A stretch of DNA of 63,512 bases from a virus (IMGVR_UViG_3300020045_009345:1-63512), one strand, 5' to 3'. Counted from the first letter of the stretch, positions 49,201 to 58,003 are shown. Notes: generated by a model from the letters alone, not told the origin. Translations and numbers: made by a program.

Positions 49201-50984
49201 GCGGTACTGTAACGCAGTACGCAAAAATAAATGCATATACTTTTGAAAATAAAGATTATATTCGATATGGAGTAGATCCATTAACCGGTAAAGCATATGA
49301 ACGGATATATGGTGACTTTTATGCCGGCGGTAGAAATAAAACGACGGACAATTATATAAACTTTGATTCTTCTACCGGTAAAATTTCATATAGGGGAACT
49401 ATAACACAAGATTCAACCGTAGTTGATAGTGGGGGAAATGAATCAGCAATTACCGTTTATAGAGGCGTATACAATGGGAGTATTCCATATTATGTTGGAA
49501 ATACTGTATCGTATTTAGGATCAACATATTATTGTGATGCACAAACTACGGCTGGAATATCACCAACTAACACGTCTCATTGGCATGTAGTTGCTGCGAA
49601 AGGAGAAACTGGCAATACAGGTGCCGACGGTACTAGCGGAATTTCCATTATATGTGATAAACAGTCATTATCTGTAACTCCAACAGTAAACGCCTTCTCG
49701 GCATCTGTTACGGTTAGATTAGCGTCCGGAGTAAATTATATACCAACTACTGACTGGGCTTATGATATAACCCCAACGGGAGTGACCGTAGGATCCGTAG
49801 ATAATCTAGCTGACGGATACAGACTGAATTTGACAGGATTTACAGCATCAACGGTTTCGCTTGGATATATAGAGGTGGATACAGTATACGGTGGAACTAC
49901 TTTTTCCTTGTCTATTTCAGTAGCTAGAGTATTCAATCCGGTAAACATAGCAAAGGGAACTTGGACATCCGGAACTTCATATACTGGTAATTGTTTTCAA
50001 CGTGATGTAGTAAAATATACCGACGGTATCTATTATGCTGTAAAAACCAGCATAGGCTCTACATCTACCACGTGGGTATCATCTGAATGGCAAGCACTAA
50101 ATAGTTTTTCCAATGTAGCTACGGAAGTTTTATTTGCTGATCAAGCCAACATTGCCGGATTTATATATAAAGATGGTCAAATGATTTCGCAAGCCGGAAC
50201 TATAGCCGGAATAGCAAGCACAGATTGGATGAATTCAAGCTTCATACCAAATCTTAAATTTAATGGTAGTACCGGATCTATGACTGCTGCCGGTGGTAGA
50301 TTGAAAGCATTATCAGATGGAACATTTGCAATAGAATTTACAACTACTATAACTAGATATACGCCCTCTGGAGGTTCTACTACTATAGACCAAACTTTAT
50401 CTATAAATAATACAACTGGGATTATAAGTATCGCTACAAGTGATTCCGAAACTGCATATATGACATCTCAGGGAATCCTTGCAAATAAGGCAGGAACGCA
50501 GGCATTGCCTGGATCTACCGGAGTTACACTAAAGTCATCTATAGTAGGACTAGGCCAGGGCAATTTAGCGGCGACGGCTTACGATAGTTTAGCTGCTATA
50601 TGTGGAGTTTATGGAGATTCTTATAATTCAAATTCTAGTCCAGCCCCATCATATGGTGGGTATTTTAGAAAATTAAAAGCTAGTGGGTTATATATAACTA
50701 CTGAAAGCGTAGAGGCTAATTATACCTGTACGGATTATGTAGTATTTATATCGTGTTATAATAATTCAGGTAATAATATAACTATTACCCTGCCTATTAG
50801 TCCGTATGCGGGAAGAATTATATACATAAGATCTAATAATACGGGTTCAGTAACTATATCTGGAAATGGTAAATCAATGATGGCCATGAATGGAACATTA
50901 TTAACGAGTACTGACGTAGCCTCTCGCGGGGATTTGTATATGCTGCTTTTCGATGGGTCTTATTGGTTACTAAACATAATTTAA
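46221..50984 (+). CDS. Baseplate hub / central tail spike
   Basis: 1587 aa; FEYGKDKGL..YTRLSGRGSDKNLPYRY hub motif; EIDKLSVRK; short collagen-like KGETGNTGADG. Confidence 0.8.
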   Translation: MRKRLYTEKELTLGFNSKVLTFNDQILTFYSRGLTYFDVEGFTYTEAEMGEATINLDMFVEPSLVPEFSRFWYVDYRGERYYLSTLTPTCVKDTSSLRYKYTLIFKSQRADLERYEFADFVSASSTVTQPISYSPTLALTVQGFVERFNTNLNYYFGAGVWQMVLNSTYMDNINTTIYNGTDTVTTSFSRETLWSLLTGLYDIYGLRWKISSIDGIMTITLGYTPDVIDHIFEYGKDKGLISIERTNSSPKVYTRLSGRGSDKNLPYRYFDSATADYIQDPDHNEYTETIPYTNLMTKSYRDYVKGWNDASIGSAPESSLYAYSLGYTDKQNGNNFNPVDYVHSESAEEFYGIRKGSVADNSDIYPTFQDTSTASLGYLDEVIAVEQVLNDDYDSTDASLNRIVTEAVTYSGYERSASMNNTWSLKSSQFQASSETDILSFIVTLDVSSSYSNTFTYDYNYTVEVVSAMGTVGETVVNSSTFSVANASTSSLSQSFLFPDEFGLGESDFNIRVTSYFKNDTGRQMFYEQGITAVTLRQKISYEQTFDIWIKNIWDSTFQDIGHESETEDDYMHRIWDPLIAPNVQMTVMFSSGLLAGDYEFLIAVPSDSTNYYIYHDESESLNGIQSHWRLGLIKSDANLESTKLMLPNMTINASAGDKFFLTNIEMPYYPYVYQAEQRLEAYLATELDKTDTENPTYSIKPSAVFLELNSSINNSIKIGSMARIFDNQIFGNIYVNITITNLTIQYKTGVLLPEWNITIADEPTSNKNSIQIIQGDVKVLSGNLLSAQQLTEQIELQLDSRYLRKDGEAQTSASQTTFTDTTFLDGTVRSTSYLQGQMGGYGYSLYKDANSNYVFEIDKLSVRKTLTVNELIINQVSIYGGIHVYSAAAMTISNVDSSNSAYDVCYLDIKGGTVLNQFVAGDHAYCQRFNPESNELIKYYWREVVLTGDNFIAISKTGGDGDSIPAIGDNVAQLGNNSNIARQSALIIDQINGGTVTQYAKINAYTFENKDYIRYGVDPLTGKAYERIYGDFYAGGRNKTTDNYINFDSSTGKISYRGTITQDSTVVDSGGNESAITVYRGVYNGSIPYYVGNTVSYLGSTYYCDAQTTAGISPTNTSHWHVVAAKGETGNTGADGTSGISIICDKQSLSVTPTVNAFSASVTVRLASGVNYIPTTDWAYDITPTGVTVGSVDNLADGYRLNLTGFTASTVSLGYIEVDTVYGGTTFSLSISVARVFNPVNIAKGTWTSGTSYTGNCFQRDVVKYTDGIYYAVKTSIGSTSTTWVSSEWQALNSFSNVATEVLFADQANIAGFIYKDGQMISQAGTIAGIASTDWMNSSFIPNLKFNGSTGSMTAAGGRLKALSDGTFAIEFTTTITRYTPSGGSTTIDQTLSINNTTGIISIATSDSETAYMTSQGILANKAGTQALPGSTGVTLKSSIVGLGQGNLAATAYDSLAAICGVYGDSYNSNSSPAPSYGGYFRKLKASGLYITTESVEANYTCTDYVVFISCYNNSGNNITITLPISPYAGRIIYIRSNNTGSVTISGNGKSMMAMNGTLLTSTDVASRGDLYMLLFDGSYWLLNII

Positions 50985-50996
50985 TTTATAGCGTTT

Positions 50997-51028
50997 TTTG
51001 CTATATTCATAATAATTTATTATATTTG
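50997..51028 (+). promoter_or_regulatory. Promoter of the lysis cassette
   Basis: TTTG 50997-51000, 20-nt spacer, TATATTTG 51021-51028. Confidence 0.7.
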
Positions 51029-51032
51029 TGCG

Positions 51033-51368
51033 ATGATTATAAATAAAACTGACATAGGAAAATTCAGTTGGGCGGAAGCAAATAGCGACGCCAACGGAAA
51101 GACGAGCGGAAGCAAGTTTAATGCCGGAATAGTTATTCAAACCTGCTGTGTATGCTTGCTAATAACAGTCATAAGAAATACTTCCGAGACCCTGACATTA
51201 GCTGGAATACTTGGGGGCTTAATAACTGCTGCATTTGCAATAATGGGATATTCAAAAAATAAAGATAAAAACGATACAACTAATACAATTATGAAAAAAG
51301 AAGACGATGATGACGCCACTCCAAGAACTGGAGGTGGAACCGGAGGCGGTACAAAACCAGACCAATGA
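51033..51368 (+). CDS. Two-TM membrane protein, holin-like
   Basis: SDANGKTSGSKF followed by two hydrophobic helices and a charged tail. Confidence 0.55.
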   Translation: MIINKTDIGKFSWAEANSDANGKTSGSKFNAGIVIQTCCVCLLITVIRNTSETLTLAGILGGLITAAFAIMGYSKNKDKNDTTNTIMKKEDDDDATPRTGGGTGGGTKPDQ

Positions 51369-51772
51369 AAATAAATTCAATTAAGATATCTGTAAACTTC
51401 ACAAAATACCTTCCAATTATTATCAATTTATTCTTGCTGTTCATATATGAATTCTGGCATTACGAAGAGATAAGGGAAATGTATTTGTATATAGGTTTTG
51501 GGCAAAGTCTTATTTACAATTTGTATTTACTAACAGCATCTATAGCATTCGGATTCTGCATTTGGCATCAAGTTTTAATTGTAAACATGTCAATGTGCTT
51601 ACTTATAGAATACCTAAATAACAAAGGTTTATTTATGCCGGATATTTTTGATGTTATTATAAAACTAACTATAGCCTCATTGGTTATAGCAGCAATACTA
51701 TACTATAAGCATGGATGTTACAGTAAAAAAGAATATTATCAAGCTATTCAAAAGAGTGATATACGCAATTGA
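51365..51772 (+). CDS. Multi-TM membrane protein
   Basis: About four hydrophobic segments. Confidence 0.6.
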   Translation: MKINSIKISVNFTKYLPIIINLFLLFIYEFWHYEEIREMYLYIGFGQSLIYNLYLLTASIAFGFCIWHQVLIVNMSMCLLIEYLNNKGLFMPDIFDVIIKLTIASLVIAAILYYKHGCYSKKEYYQAIQKSDIRN

Positions 51773-51890
51773 TAATGGAATGTGTGATAATATGACTAGC
51801 AAAGAGATAAATATTCTTATAGAACTGCTTGAAGCTTCTAAGAAAGTTGATGAAAAATACATAGAAAAGAGAATATGGAACCTATTCTAA
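51711..51890 (+). CDS. 59-aa hypothetical protein (not in the ORF track)
   Basis: MDVTVKKNIIKLFKRVIYAIDNGMCDNM...IWNLF fills the gap before 51875. Confidence 0.5.
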   Translation: MDVTVKKNIIKLFKRVIYAIDNGMCDNMTSKEINILIELLEASKKVDEKYIEKRIWNLF

Positions 51891-52267
51891 CAATCGTACT
51901 TGGCACTGGCGGAATAGTTGGATTAATTGGAGGAACAATGAGTATTATAACTTATTTCTCCAAATCAGCATCAAGTATACGAAGAAGTGAGGCCAATATA
52001 AAGGAAATTAAATCATTCCGGGATACTATAGACCTACTTGTTCAAGATAGTGATAGAGCAAAGAAAAATGAAAAATTATATTTGCAAAGAATACAATCGT
52101 TAGAAGAGAAAGTGGCTATGCTTTTAGAGAAAAACGGTTTTTCCGAATCTCTTATAAAAAAGTATAGAGTTATCATGGCATCACTTCATAGTTGTATATA
52201 TAATAAGCTTAACACAGATAATTGCCCTATTGCTATAAAAGCAAGGGAACAAGAAATTGAAATATGA
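51875..52267 (+). CDS. Single-TM coiled-coil protein (holin-like)
   Basis: N-terminal hydrophobic helix plus coiled coil, directly upstream of the endolysin. Confidence 0.55.
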   Translation: MEPILTIVLGTGGIVGLIGGTMSIITYFSKSASSIRRSEANIKEIKSFRDTIDLLVQDSDRAKKNEKLYLQRIQSLEEKVAMLLEKNGFSESLIKKYRVIMASLHSCIYNKLNTDNCPIAIKAREQEIEI

Positions 52268-52902
52268 GTATAATTAAAGACTTTCAGATAAAACATAGGT
52301 TAGCTCCTGACGGAATCATAGGTAAAAATACTCTCTTAAAAATAAAAGAGGCACTATCTATAGACTCCGTTGAAATGTTAGCTCATTTTATGGGTCAATG
52401 TCACGTAGAGAGTGCTGGATTTACTGCTGTATCCGAAAATTTAAACTATTCATCTCAGGGACTAATTGGAACATTCCCAAAATACTTCGATCATAATTCC
52501 GCACCACTATATCAAAGACAACCCGAAAAGATAGCAAATAGAGTATATGCCAATCGCATGGGAAATGGAAATGAAATATCTGGAGATGGATGGAAGCATA
52601 GAGGATTTGGCTTGCTTCAAATAACAGGAAAGGAAAATCAGGATCTGTTTGCTGACTACATAAAAGACCAACAAATAAAATCAGACCCATCGATTATAGC
52701 CACTAAATATCCATTCGAGTCAGCAAAGTTCTTCTTTGACAATAAAAAACTATGGGATATATGTAAAATTGTAGATAACAACCAAATAACATATTTATCA
52801 AAGGCTATAAACTTAGGATCTCAATTTGCAAAAGGGATTCCAAAAGGTCTTCCTGAAAGAATTTACAAAACTAATTATTACTATAAAATACTAAAACAAT
52901 GA
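52264..52902 (+). CDS. GH19 endolysin with N-terminal peptidoglycan-binding motif
   Basis: FQ..H.L.PDGIIG..T; AHFMGQCHVES; ENLNYS; YANRMGNG..GDGW..RG.G..QITGK.N. Confidence 0.92.
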   Translation: MSIIKDFQIKHRLAPDGIIGKNTLLKIKEALSIDSVEMLAHFMGQCHVESAGFTAVSENLNYSSQGLIGTFPKYFDHNSAPLYQRQPEKIANRVYANRMGNGNEISGDGWKHRGFGLLQITGKENQDLFADYIKDQQIKSDPSIIATKYPFESAKFFFDNKKLWDICKIVDNNQITYLSKAINLGSQFAKGIPKGLPERIYKTNYYYKILKQ

Positions 52903-53102
52903 ATCCATTAAAAGAAATTACCGATCAGTACTTTACCGCTATAGAAAATCAAAAAGGATTAGTTACTAATGTAGAAAACACAACAAGTAACTTAAAGGCA
53001 TTTCAAGAGGCATTCGATCAGGCTGAAGAAGCAAAAACAAATGGCGAAACTAATATTGCCGAGTTAGAAGCAAAAATTAAAGGCTGGGTAGATCCGGAAT
53101 AA
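52899..53102 (+). CDS. Small coiled-coil protein
   Basis: ORF in the lysis cassette. Confidence 0.55.
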   Translation: MNPLKEITDQYFTAIENQKGLVTNVENTTSNLKAFQEAFDQAEEAKTNGETNIAELEAKIKGWVDPE

Positions 53103-53103
53103 T

Positions 53104-53682
53104 ATGAAAGACATATTGGCTAAAATTTGGATTTACTTAGTAGTCGGAATAGGATCTGTATTTATTGGAATATTGATAGGAAGATCAAATACTACAACAA
53201 GTATAGTGACTAAATACGTCAAGGGCGAGACTGTATCTACATCTGTCAGCATTCCTGGGCCAGAAAGAATAGTCATTAAAAATAATCCAATACTTCCGAC
53301 TAAGCATGATACTATATGGAAGGAAGGTAAACCAGTATTCATATATATAAAGGTAGATACGGCTAAGATAATAGCCAATTATATTGAGCGCCGGTATTAC
53401 AACATAAAAGCATTCGATGATAATAATGGCAAACTAATACTTACGCCTGTAGTTCAATACAACTCACTTGATTCACTCGGGATTCAGTTTACACCAATTC
53501 AAAAAGTTACTACAATAACAAAACAAAGGATACTGATTCCATTTATTCAGGCAAAATATAATACTATTGGCTATTTTGGTGTCGGTGGTGGAATTTTCTA
53601 TCACAACGTAGGAGTTTCTGCATCATACATAAATAACCTTTCAAATTCAGGATTAGAATTCGGATTATACTATAAATTTTGA
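53104..53682 (+). CDS. Spanin candidate
   Basis: N-terminal TM helix; C-terminal amphipathic beta strands ending GLYYKF; last gene of the lysis cassette. Confidence 0.5.
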   Translation: MKDILAKIWIYLVVGIGSVFIGILIGRSNTTTSIVTKYVKGETVSTSVSIPGPERIVIKNNPILPTKHDTIWKEGKPVFIYIKVDTAKIIANYIERRYYNIKAFDDNNGKLILTPVVQYNSLDSLGIQFTPIQKVTTITKQRILIPFIQAKYNTIGYFGVGGGIFYHNVGVSASYINNLSNSGLEFGLYYKF

Positions 53683-53755
53683 GTGAGACTCGGGGTCGAC
53701 ATAGAATATGGGACCTGGCAACAGAATTTATATTCGCAGATGTCTAAATATAGCA
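53681..53755 (+). ncRNA. Small structured RNA element
   Basis: GAG-TGAGA-CTC hairpin; GACAT/ATGTC and GAATATGGG/TTTATATTC stems capped by CTG-GCAA-CAG GNRA tetraloop. Confidence 0.45.
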
Positions 53756-53831
53756 TGTTCTTGGGAGTCTTCTACATGGCAAAAGTAAGATTAAATAATA
53801 CATTAATTTGTTCTTTTTCATAACACTCGAA

Positions 53832-53871
53832 AGCCACATCAGATCGTGAGATTAGATGTGGCTTATTTTTT
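53832..53871. terminator. Terminator between the late operon and the convergent accessory block
   Basis: AAGCCACATC...GATGTGGCTT followed by ATTTTTT. Confidence 0.75.
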
Positions 53872-53975
53872 AGTTCAGTGATATTAAAGTATAATTAAAC
53901 GATATTGTTTTACCATCCCGAAAACTAATTCTAACAAAACGAGTAGAATTTAAAAATTGCAAATCTTGATTGTTT

Positions 53976-54329
53976 TTATTCATATTGTATGGGGCGCCAA
54001 GAAACAATACTAGGCTCAACATAGTAACTACAGTCCCATGCTATTTCATAATCTAGGAATTTATATCTTCTGCATATAAATACTTTATCGTTTACGGTTC
54101 TGCATAACACATAATCATAATATTTATAGTTTTGACTTTTGCTTTTTTCATAATGCCATTTTTGATATTGTTCGGGTAGCTCTTGTTCGACATCAATCCA
54201 CTTCTGTATAGCATCAATACAATATCTTCCGGCTATTCGATTCGAATTTATTCGGTCTTGTTCCGGATCCTTACCTATTGGCTTATAAATATTATCGCAC
54301 TCTTTTAAAATTTGTTCTATCGTTTTCAT
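53976..54329 (-). CDS. DUF551-like small protein (paralog 3)
   Basis: MKTIEQ...WIDVEQELPE...IVSWRPI. Confidence 0.7.
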   Translation of the reverse strand: MKTIEQILKECDNIYKPIGKDPEQDRINSNRIAGRYCIDAIQKWIDVEQELPEQYQKWHYEKSKSQNYKYYDYVLCRTVNDKVFICRRYKFLDYEIAWDCSYYVEPSIVSWRPIQYE

Positions 54330-54618
54330 TTCGGTCTATATTTAATACAACTTATTACTGAATGGTTGCTCGTTCCGTAAACATTACATCTGTAAATTAA
54401 TTCATACAATTCATCGCCTGAATTTCTGCATAATCGGCAATAGTTCACTGTTAGTTTTAAATCTTTTGCCATATAATATGCCTTTCCGATACATTTGTAA
54501 TTATAATCCTATCTCCAAATTTTAGATCGTAATAACCATTACAGTGGTTATTTGATATGGTCGCATTGAAAAACGTTCCTTTTAGACGTACTTTGTCGCC
54601 TAGTTTGAATATACTCAT
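54326..54618 (-). CDS. Two short ORFs below the track cutoff (54472-54326, 48 aa Cys-rich; 54618-54457, 53 aa)
   Basis: Translated by eye: MAKDLKLTVNYCRLCRN...; MSIFKLGDKVRLK...; they tile the gap with overlaps. Confidence 0.5.
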
Positions 54619-54633
54619 AATTTTTTATTTTAG

Positions 54634-54933
54634 TTAGATTGGTCGCCAGTGAGTAATAATAGATCCTATATAATCTAAGTTCCAGACAAATCCAATATTT
54701 TCACTTGGTCTAAATCTATTATTTACTTCTATTGACACTTCTCCATTGTCATACCATACTCTTTTTATTAAAACTTTTTCTGAGTTAAAATTATTTTTCA
54801 AAAAATATTTGTTATGCTCTGGAAGTTCTTCTTCAACCGAAATCCATCGCTGTGCAAATTCTACACCTTTTAAAAACTCATCAAACATTACATCTGAAGA
54901 ATACTCATTTTTAACTTCATTTATTGTTTTCAT
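54634..54933 (-). CDS. DUF551-like small protein (paralog 4)
   Basis: MKTINE...GVEFAQRWISVEEELPE...ITHWRPI. Confidence 0.7.
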   Translation of the reverse strand: MKTINEVKNEYSSDVMFDEFLKGVEFAQRWISVEEELPEHNKYFLKNNFNSEKVLIKRVWYDNGEVSIEVNNRFRPSENIGFVWNLDYIGSIITHWRPI

Positions 54934-55657
54934 TTTATAAAAATTATTCTGGTTAAAAAATATAATACTATCACTACTGATACCCATATCATCCAATTTG
55001 TTTTGGATGACTTCATTTTTAAATACCACCAATTTTCTGCTTTGCTTAATATTGACGGTTTATTTTGTTCTCTGCATTCTTCTACGTGGATTATTAAACC
55101 AAATAGGATCATTGCGAGGATTACTAAGATTATTGTCATAAGTGTTATTTATAAGGATTAAATTCGTCAGTAACATGGATAAATTCTTCTGATTTGTCCA
55201 TAAGGTTGAAATGATACTCAACAAGCCAATGTAATAACTCTTGCTGGTTATGAATTATCATTTTGTGCTCTTTTTTATTAGTGAGTATTGAATATAAAAA
55301 TGAGTCACCGTTAAACCAAAAGAAATGATCTGAGTTCCTAGCGCAATTCGATACATAACATTCATCAACCTTCCATTCGCCTGATATTTTTAGCTTGCAT
55401 TTTGCTATTTTCGCCAATTCGACTATAGGGACAAACGTTTCATCATTATGAGTAATTGGCTTTGTTAGGTCGGAGATCGGACGAGCAATAGGTACTCCGT
55501 AAAAATCCTTTGGAAACGACAAATAGGTACCATGATAATTAAACTCTAGATAATTTTGTCTTATACCCACTAAAATAGGATATTGGTATAAATCTGTTTT
55601 CACATCGAACTTTAGCCCCGTGTGCAAACTTGAACCTAAAAATTCTTGTTTATTCAT
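54930..55657 (-). CDS. Small membrane protein (54930-55139) and conserved hypothetical (55145-55657)
   Basis: Two TM segments in the first; PIARPISDLTKPI..FVPIVEL..WLVEYHF in the second. Confidence 0.6.
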
Positions 55658-55818
55658 TCTACAAAATTATTTTTAATTATTATTACTATTAATATAACTA
55701 GCATAACTAACGCTACTATTGACGCGTATACGTGGTTTATGCTATCAAAGTGAATGTATATAGCCACCGAAAATATGGCTAATAATACGGATGTTACGTT
55801 TAAAATTGGTTTCATGGA

Positions 55819-56298
55819 TTAATTATATTTTACGGCCATCTCTCTAGAAATAAAGAAATGTATTCCTGATGAGTACTCGTTAAATCTTTCTTCGCTAAAA
55901 CCTACTACCTCATTTATTTCTCCAATTTTGTAAATAAACGAATCGCTTCTATCGCTTCTTATTGAATTCAATCCAGATTCTGAGCCTTCAAAATTTTGAA
56001 TATCTAAACATAGTGCTTTAGAGCACCTGCATTTTAACTTAGTTGCCGAGCTTCTTTTTGCGTCTTCGCAGACTTTTAGCTTAACAACATATTTACCACA
56101 TTTTTTCCAAACTATAAAAGATCCTTCAGATGGGCACTGACCAAGTAAGAACCCTGTATATTCATTATATTCTGCACCGCTCAGGTTTGCACGTCTTTTA
56201 ATAGCTTCTAATAATGTGTTTTTAATAGAGTTGTTTTCACATTCTAATTCAAATAATAAAGCTCCAAAAATTGATTTGATTGATAGTTTTGTTTTCAT
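55819..56298 (-). CDS. Pentapeptide-repeat family protein (DUF5758-like C-terminus) with a single repeat unit
   Basis: IKSIFGALLFE..SIKNTLLEA, RANLSGA, CPSEGSFI.WKK..KCRCSKA..GIHFF. Confidence 0.75.
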   Translation of the reverse strand: MKTKLSIKSIFGALLFELECENNSIKNTLLEAIKRRANLSGAEYNEYTGFLLGQCPSEGSFIVWKKCGKYVVKLKVCEDAKRSSATKLKCRCSKALCLDIQNFEGSESGLNSIRSDRSDSFIYKIGEINEVVGFSEERFNEYSSGIHFFISREMAVKYN

Positions 56299-56770
56299 TT
56301 TATTTGTGTTTTTGTGTTTAAAATAGAATTGCTGTCGACAATTATACTTGTACATTCGATATTTATAGTGGTAGTTGCATTTTCAGCGCATAATTCAATA
56401 GTTTTTTCACATGCCTTCCTCATTGCAATTTTTATAACAACAACATTTATTGGATTAAAATTTGGCTCAATCGATTTTAATATTTCTTCTAAATTTATTT
56501 CTTTCATACCCAATTGTTTTTTATGTAAATTTTGCCGCCTATGTTTTTCTCAATTTCTCGTAATTTCGAATAGAATTCAAATTTTTTAATTGGCATAAAA
56601 TCGGTATTTTCGATTGTAAATTTTGGGACGTTAAACCTATAATCAACTATACATCTACCTCCTTCGATAAAATTATAAAGGGATATACATGTAGGTGTGA
56701 CTAATTTCCCGTCATTAAAATCTATTGTAAAAATAGCAGAACCTGCTTTTCCGTATTTTGGTGTTTTCAT
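56295..56770 (-). CDS. Two hypothetical genes (56295-56513, 56504-56770)
   Basis: Co-oriented overlapping ORFs. Confidence 0.55.
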
Positions 56771-56771
56771 A

Positions 56772-57527
56772 TTATTTTGTTTCTAAAAAATATTCATTCC
56801 ATTTATTTAACGCTCTGTAAATAGATCCAGAAGACCATTTCGTTCCGCGAGGTGTTAGTTCACCGACAGCATTCATCGTAGATGCTATACCTTCCATCGT
56901 TTCGCCTTTAGTCCGCAGCTCCTGTATTAATAGCCACTGTCTTTTTCTATCCGTGTCCGAAGCCATTCTTTTAGATATTGCTAAATTCACAGCCTTAGAC
57001 ATTGGGGGTCCGGATACGCCTTTGCGACGGCCAAATCCAGTCGTCCAATTGCCAGACTTGGATTCCCAGCCGCCGTTTGTGCGTTTTAGTTCCTTTCTTA
57101 CATTCATAGATAATTTCGTTCTGCCAACAAGTAATTCCTTTTCCCTTTTAGCTATTATAGACCACATAGACAACTGCATTTCGGTCATTGTGTCGATCCG
57201 TGCGCAATTTAAATCCAGCCCGACGTTACATATTACCAAACGTAATTTATGGGGCTTAAAATAACCTTGAATTAGCTCGTTTAATTCTCCGAATCCTGAA
57301 CGTGTTATTCTGGATATTTCGGATACTATTAATGTGTCATTAAGAGCTAATCCTTTGACAAGGCCAAACAAATTTCTATTCTTATATGACGTGCCTCCAG
57401 ATATGCCTTCGTCGCGAATAATATTATCCGCAACCATTCCGCGCGACTCCAGCCAGGAATCAATCGTATGTTCCTGTTGTCTCTCGTCCTGAGAGTTTGT
57501 CGAAAATCTAATATATTTGTATATCAT
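56772..57527 (-). CDS. Serine recombinase (resolvase/invertase catalytic domain plus short recombinase-type HTH)
   Basis: YIRFST..QD..QQ, DEGISG, DTLIVSEISRITRS, E+ELL..RTK, IA..MN..G..TPRG..WS. Confidence 0.88.
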   Translation of the reverse strand: MIYKYIRFSTNSQDERQQEHTIDSWLESRGMVADNIIRDEGISGGTSYKNRNLFGLVKGLALNDTLIVSEISRITRSGFGELNELIQGYFKPHKLRLVICNVGLDLNCARIDTMTEMQLSMWSIIAKREKELLVGRTKLSMNVRKELKRTNGGWESKSGNWTTGFGRRKGVSGPPMSKAVNLAISKRMASDTDRKRQWLLIQELRTKGETMEGIASTMNAVGELTPRGTKWSSGSIYRALNKWNEYFLETK

Positions 57528-57607
57528 AATGGCTTGAATAAATCCCCTCCACATTTAGCGGCAAGGTAAAAAAATACTATTATTGTAAATAACATGGTTT
57601 ATTTGTT

Positions 57608-58003
57608 TTAATATCCGTAACTCACACTTATTTTACTTTCTCCTCCGTAAATTCCTGATAGTTTCTGACCATCGGTAGCTACAGGATGCCAACAAGTATG
57701 ATCCATTCTTATTTTAAATTCACCGGTACGAGCCTCTAAGCCTATTTCAAATTTAGATTGAATAGGTTGAAATTTTATCGTAGATACATTATTTACCCAA
57801 AACGTATTATCAAAGTCAGCAGTCAGAAACTTATATGTATATGACATACCCGTTTTTACTGACATTTGCGGTAGATAAATTGATGAGTGACCGATTTTAT
57901 AGGCTTCGTTCGACGAATAAGAAGCCATAACTCTGGGTTTTAATTGCCCGCTAACATTTACGCATATTAATACGCAAAATATAATGATTAGTTTAGTAGC
58001 CAT
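57608..58003 (-). CDS. Secreted beta-rich protein, possible small outer-membrane beta-barrel
   Basis: Signal peptide MATKLIIIFCVLICVNVSG-Q; alternating strands; ends KISVSYGY. Confidence 0.55.
   Translation of the reverse strand: MATKLIIIFCVLICVNVSGQLKPRVMASYSSNEAYKIGHSSIYLPQMSVKTGMSYTYKFLTADFDNTFWVNNVSTIKFQPIQSKFEIGLEARTGEFKIRMDHTCWHPVATDGQKLSGIYGGESKISVSYGY

Noticed and set aside
53681-53755. SAM-I riboswitch (GGCAAC word)
   Set aside because: GCAA here is a tetraloop; the P1/kink-turn/pseudoknot core is not evident and there is no downstream co-oriented gene.
56772-57527. Large serine integrase / prophage boundary
   Set aside because: Too short, lacks the integrase C-terminal domains, and no host genes or att repeat were seen.
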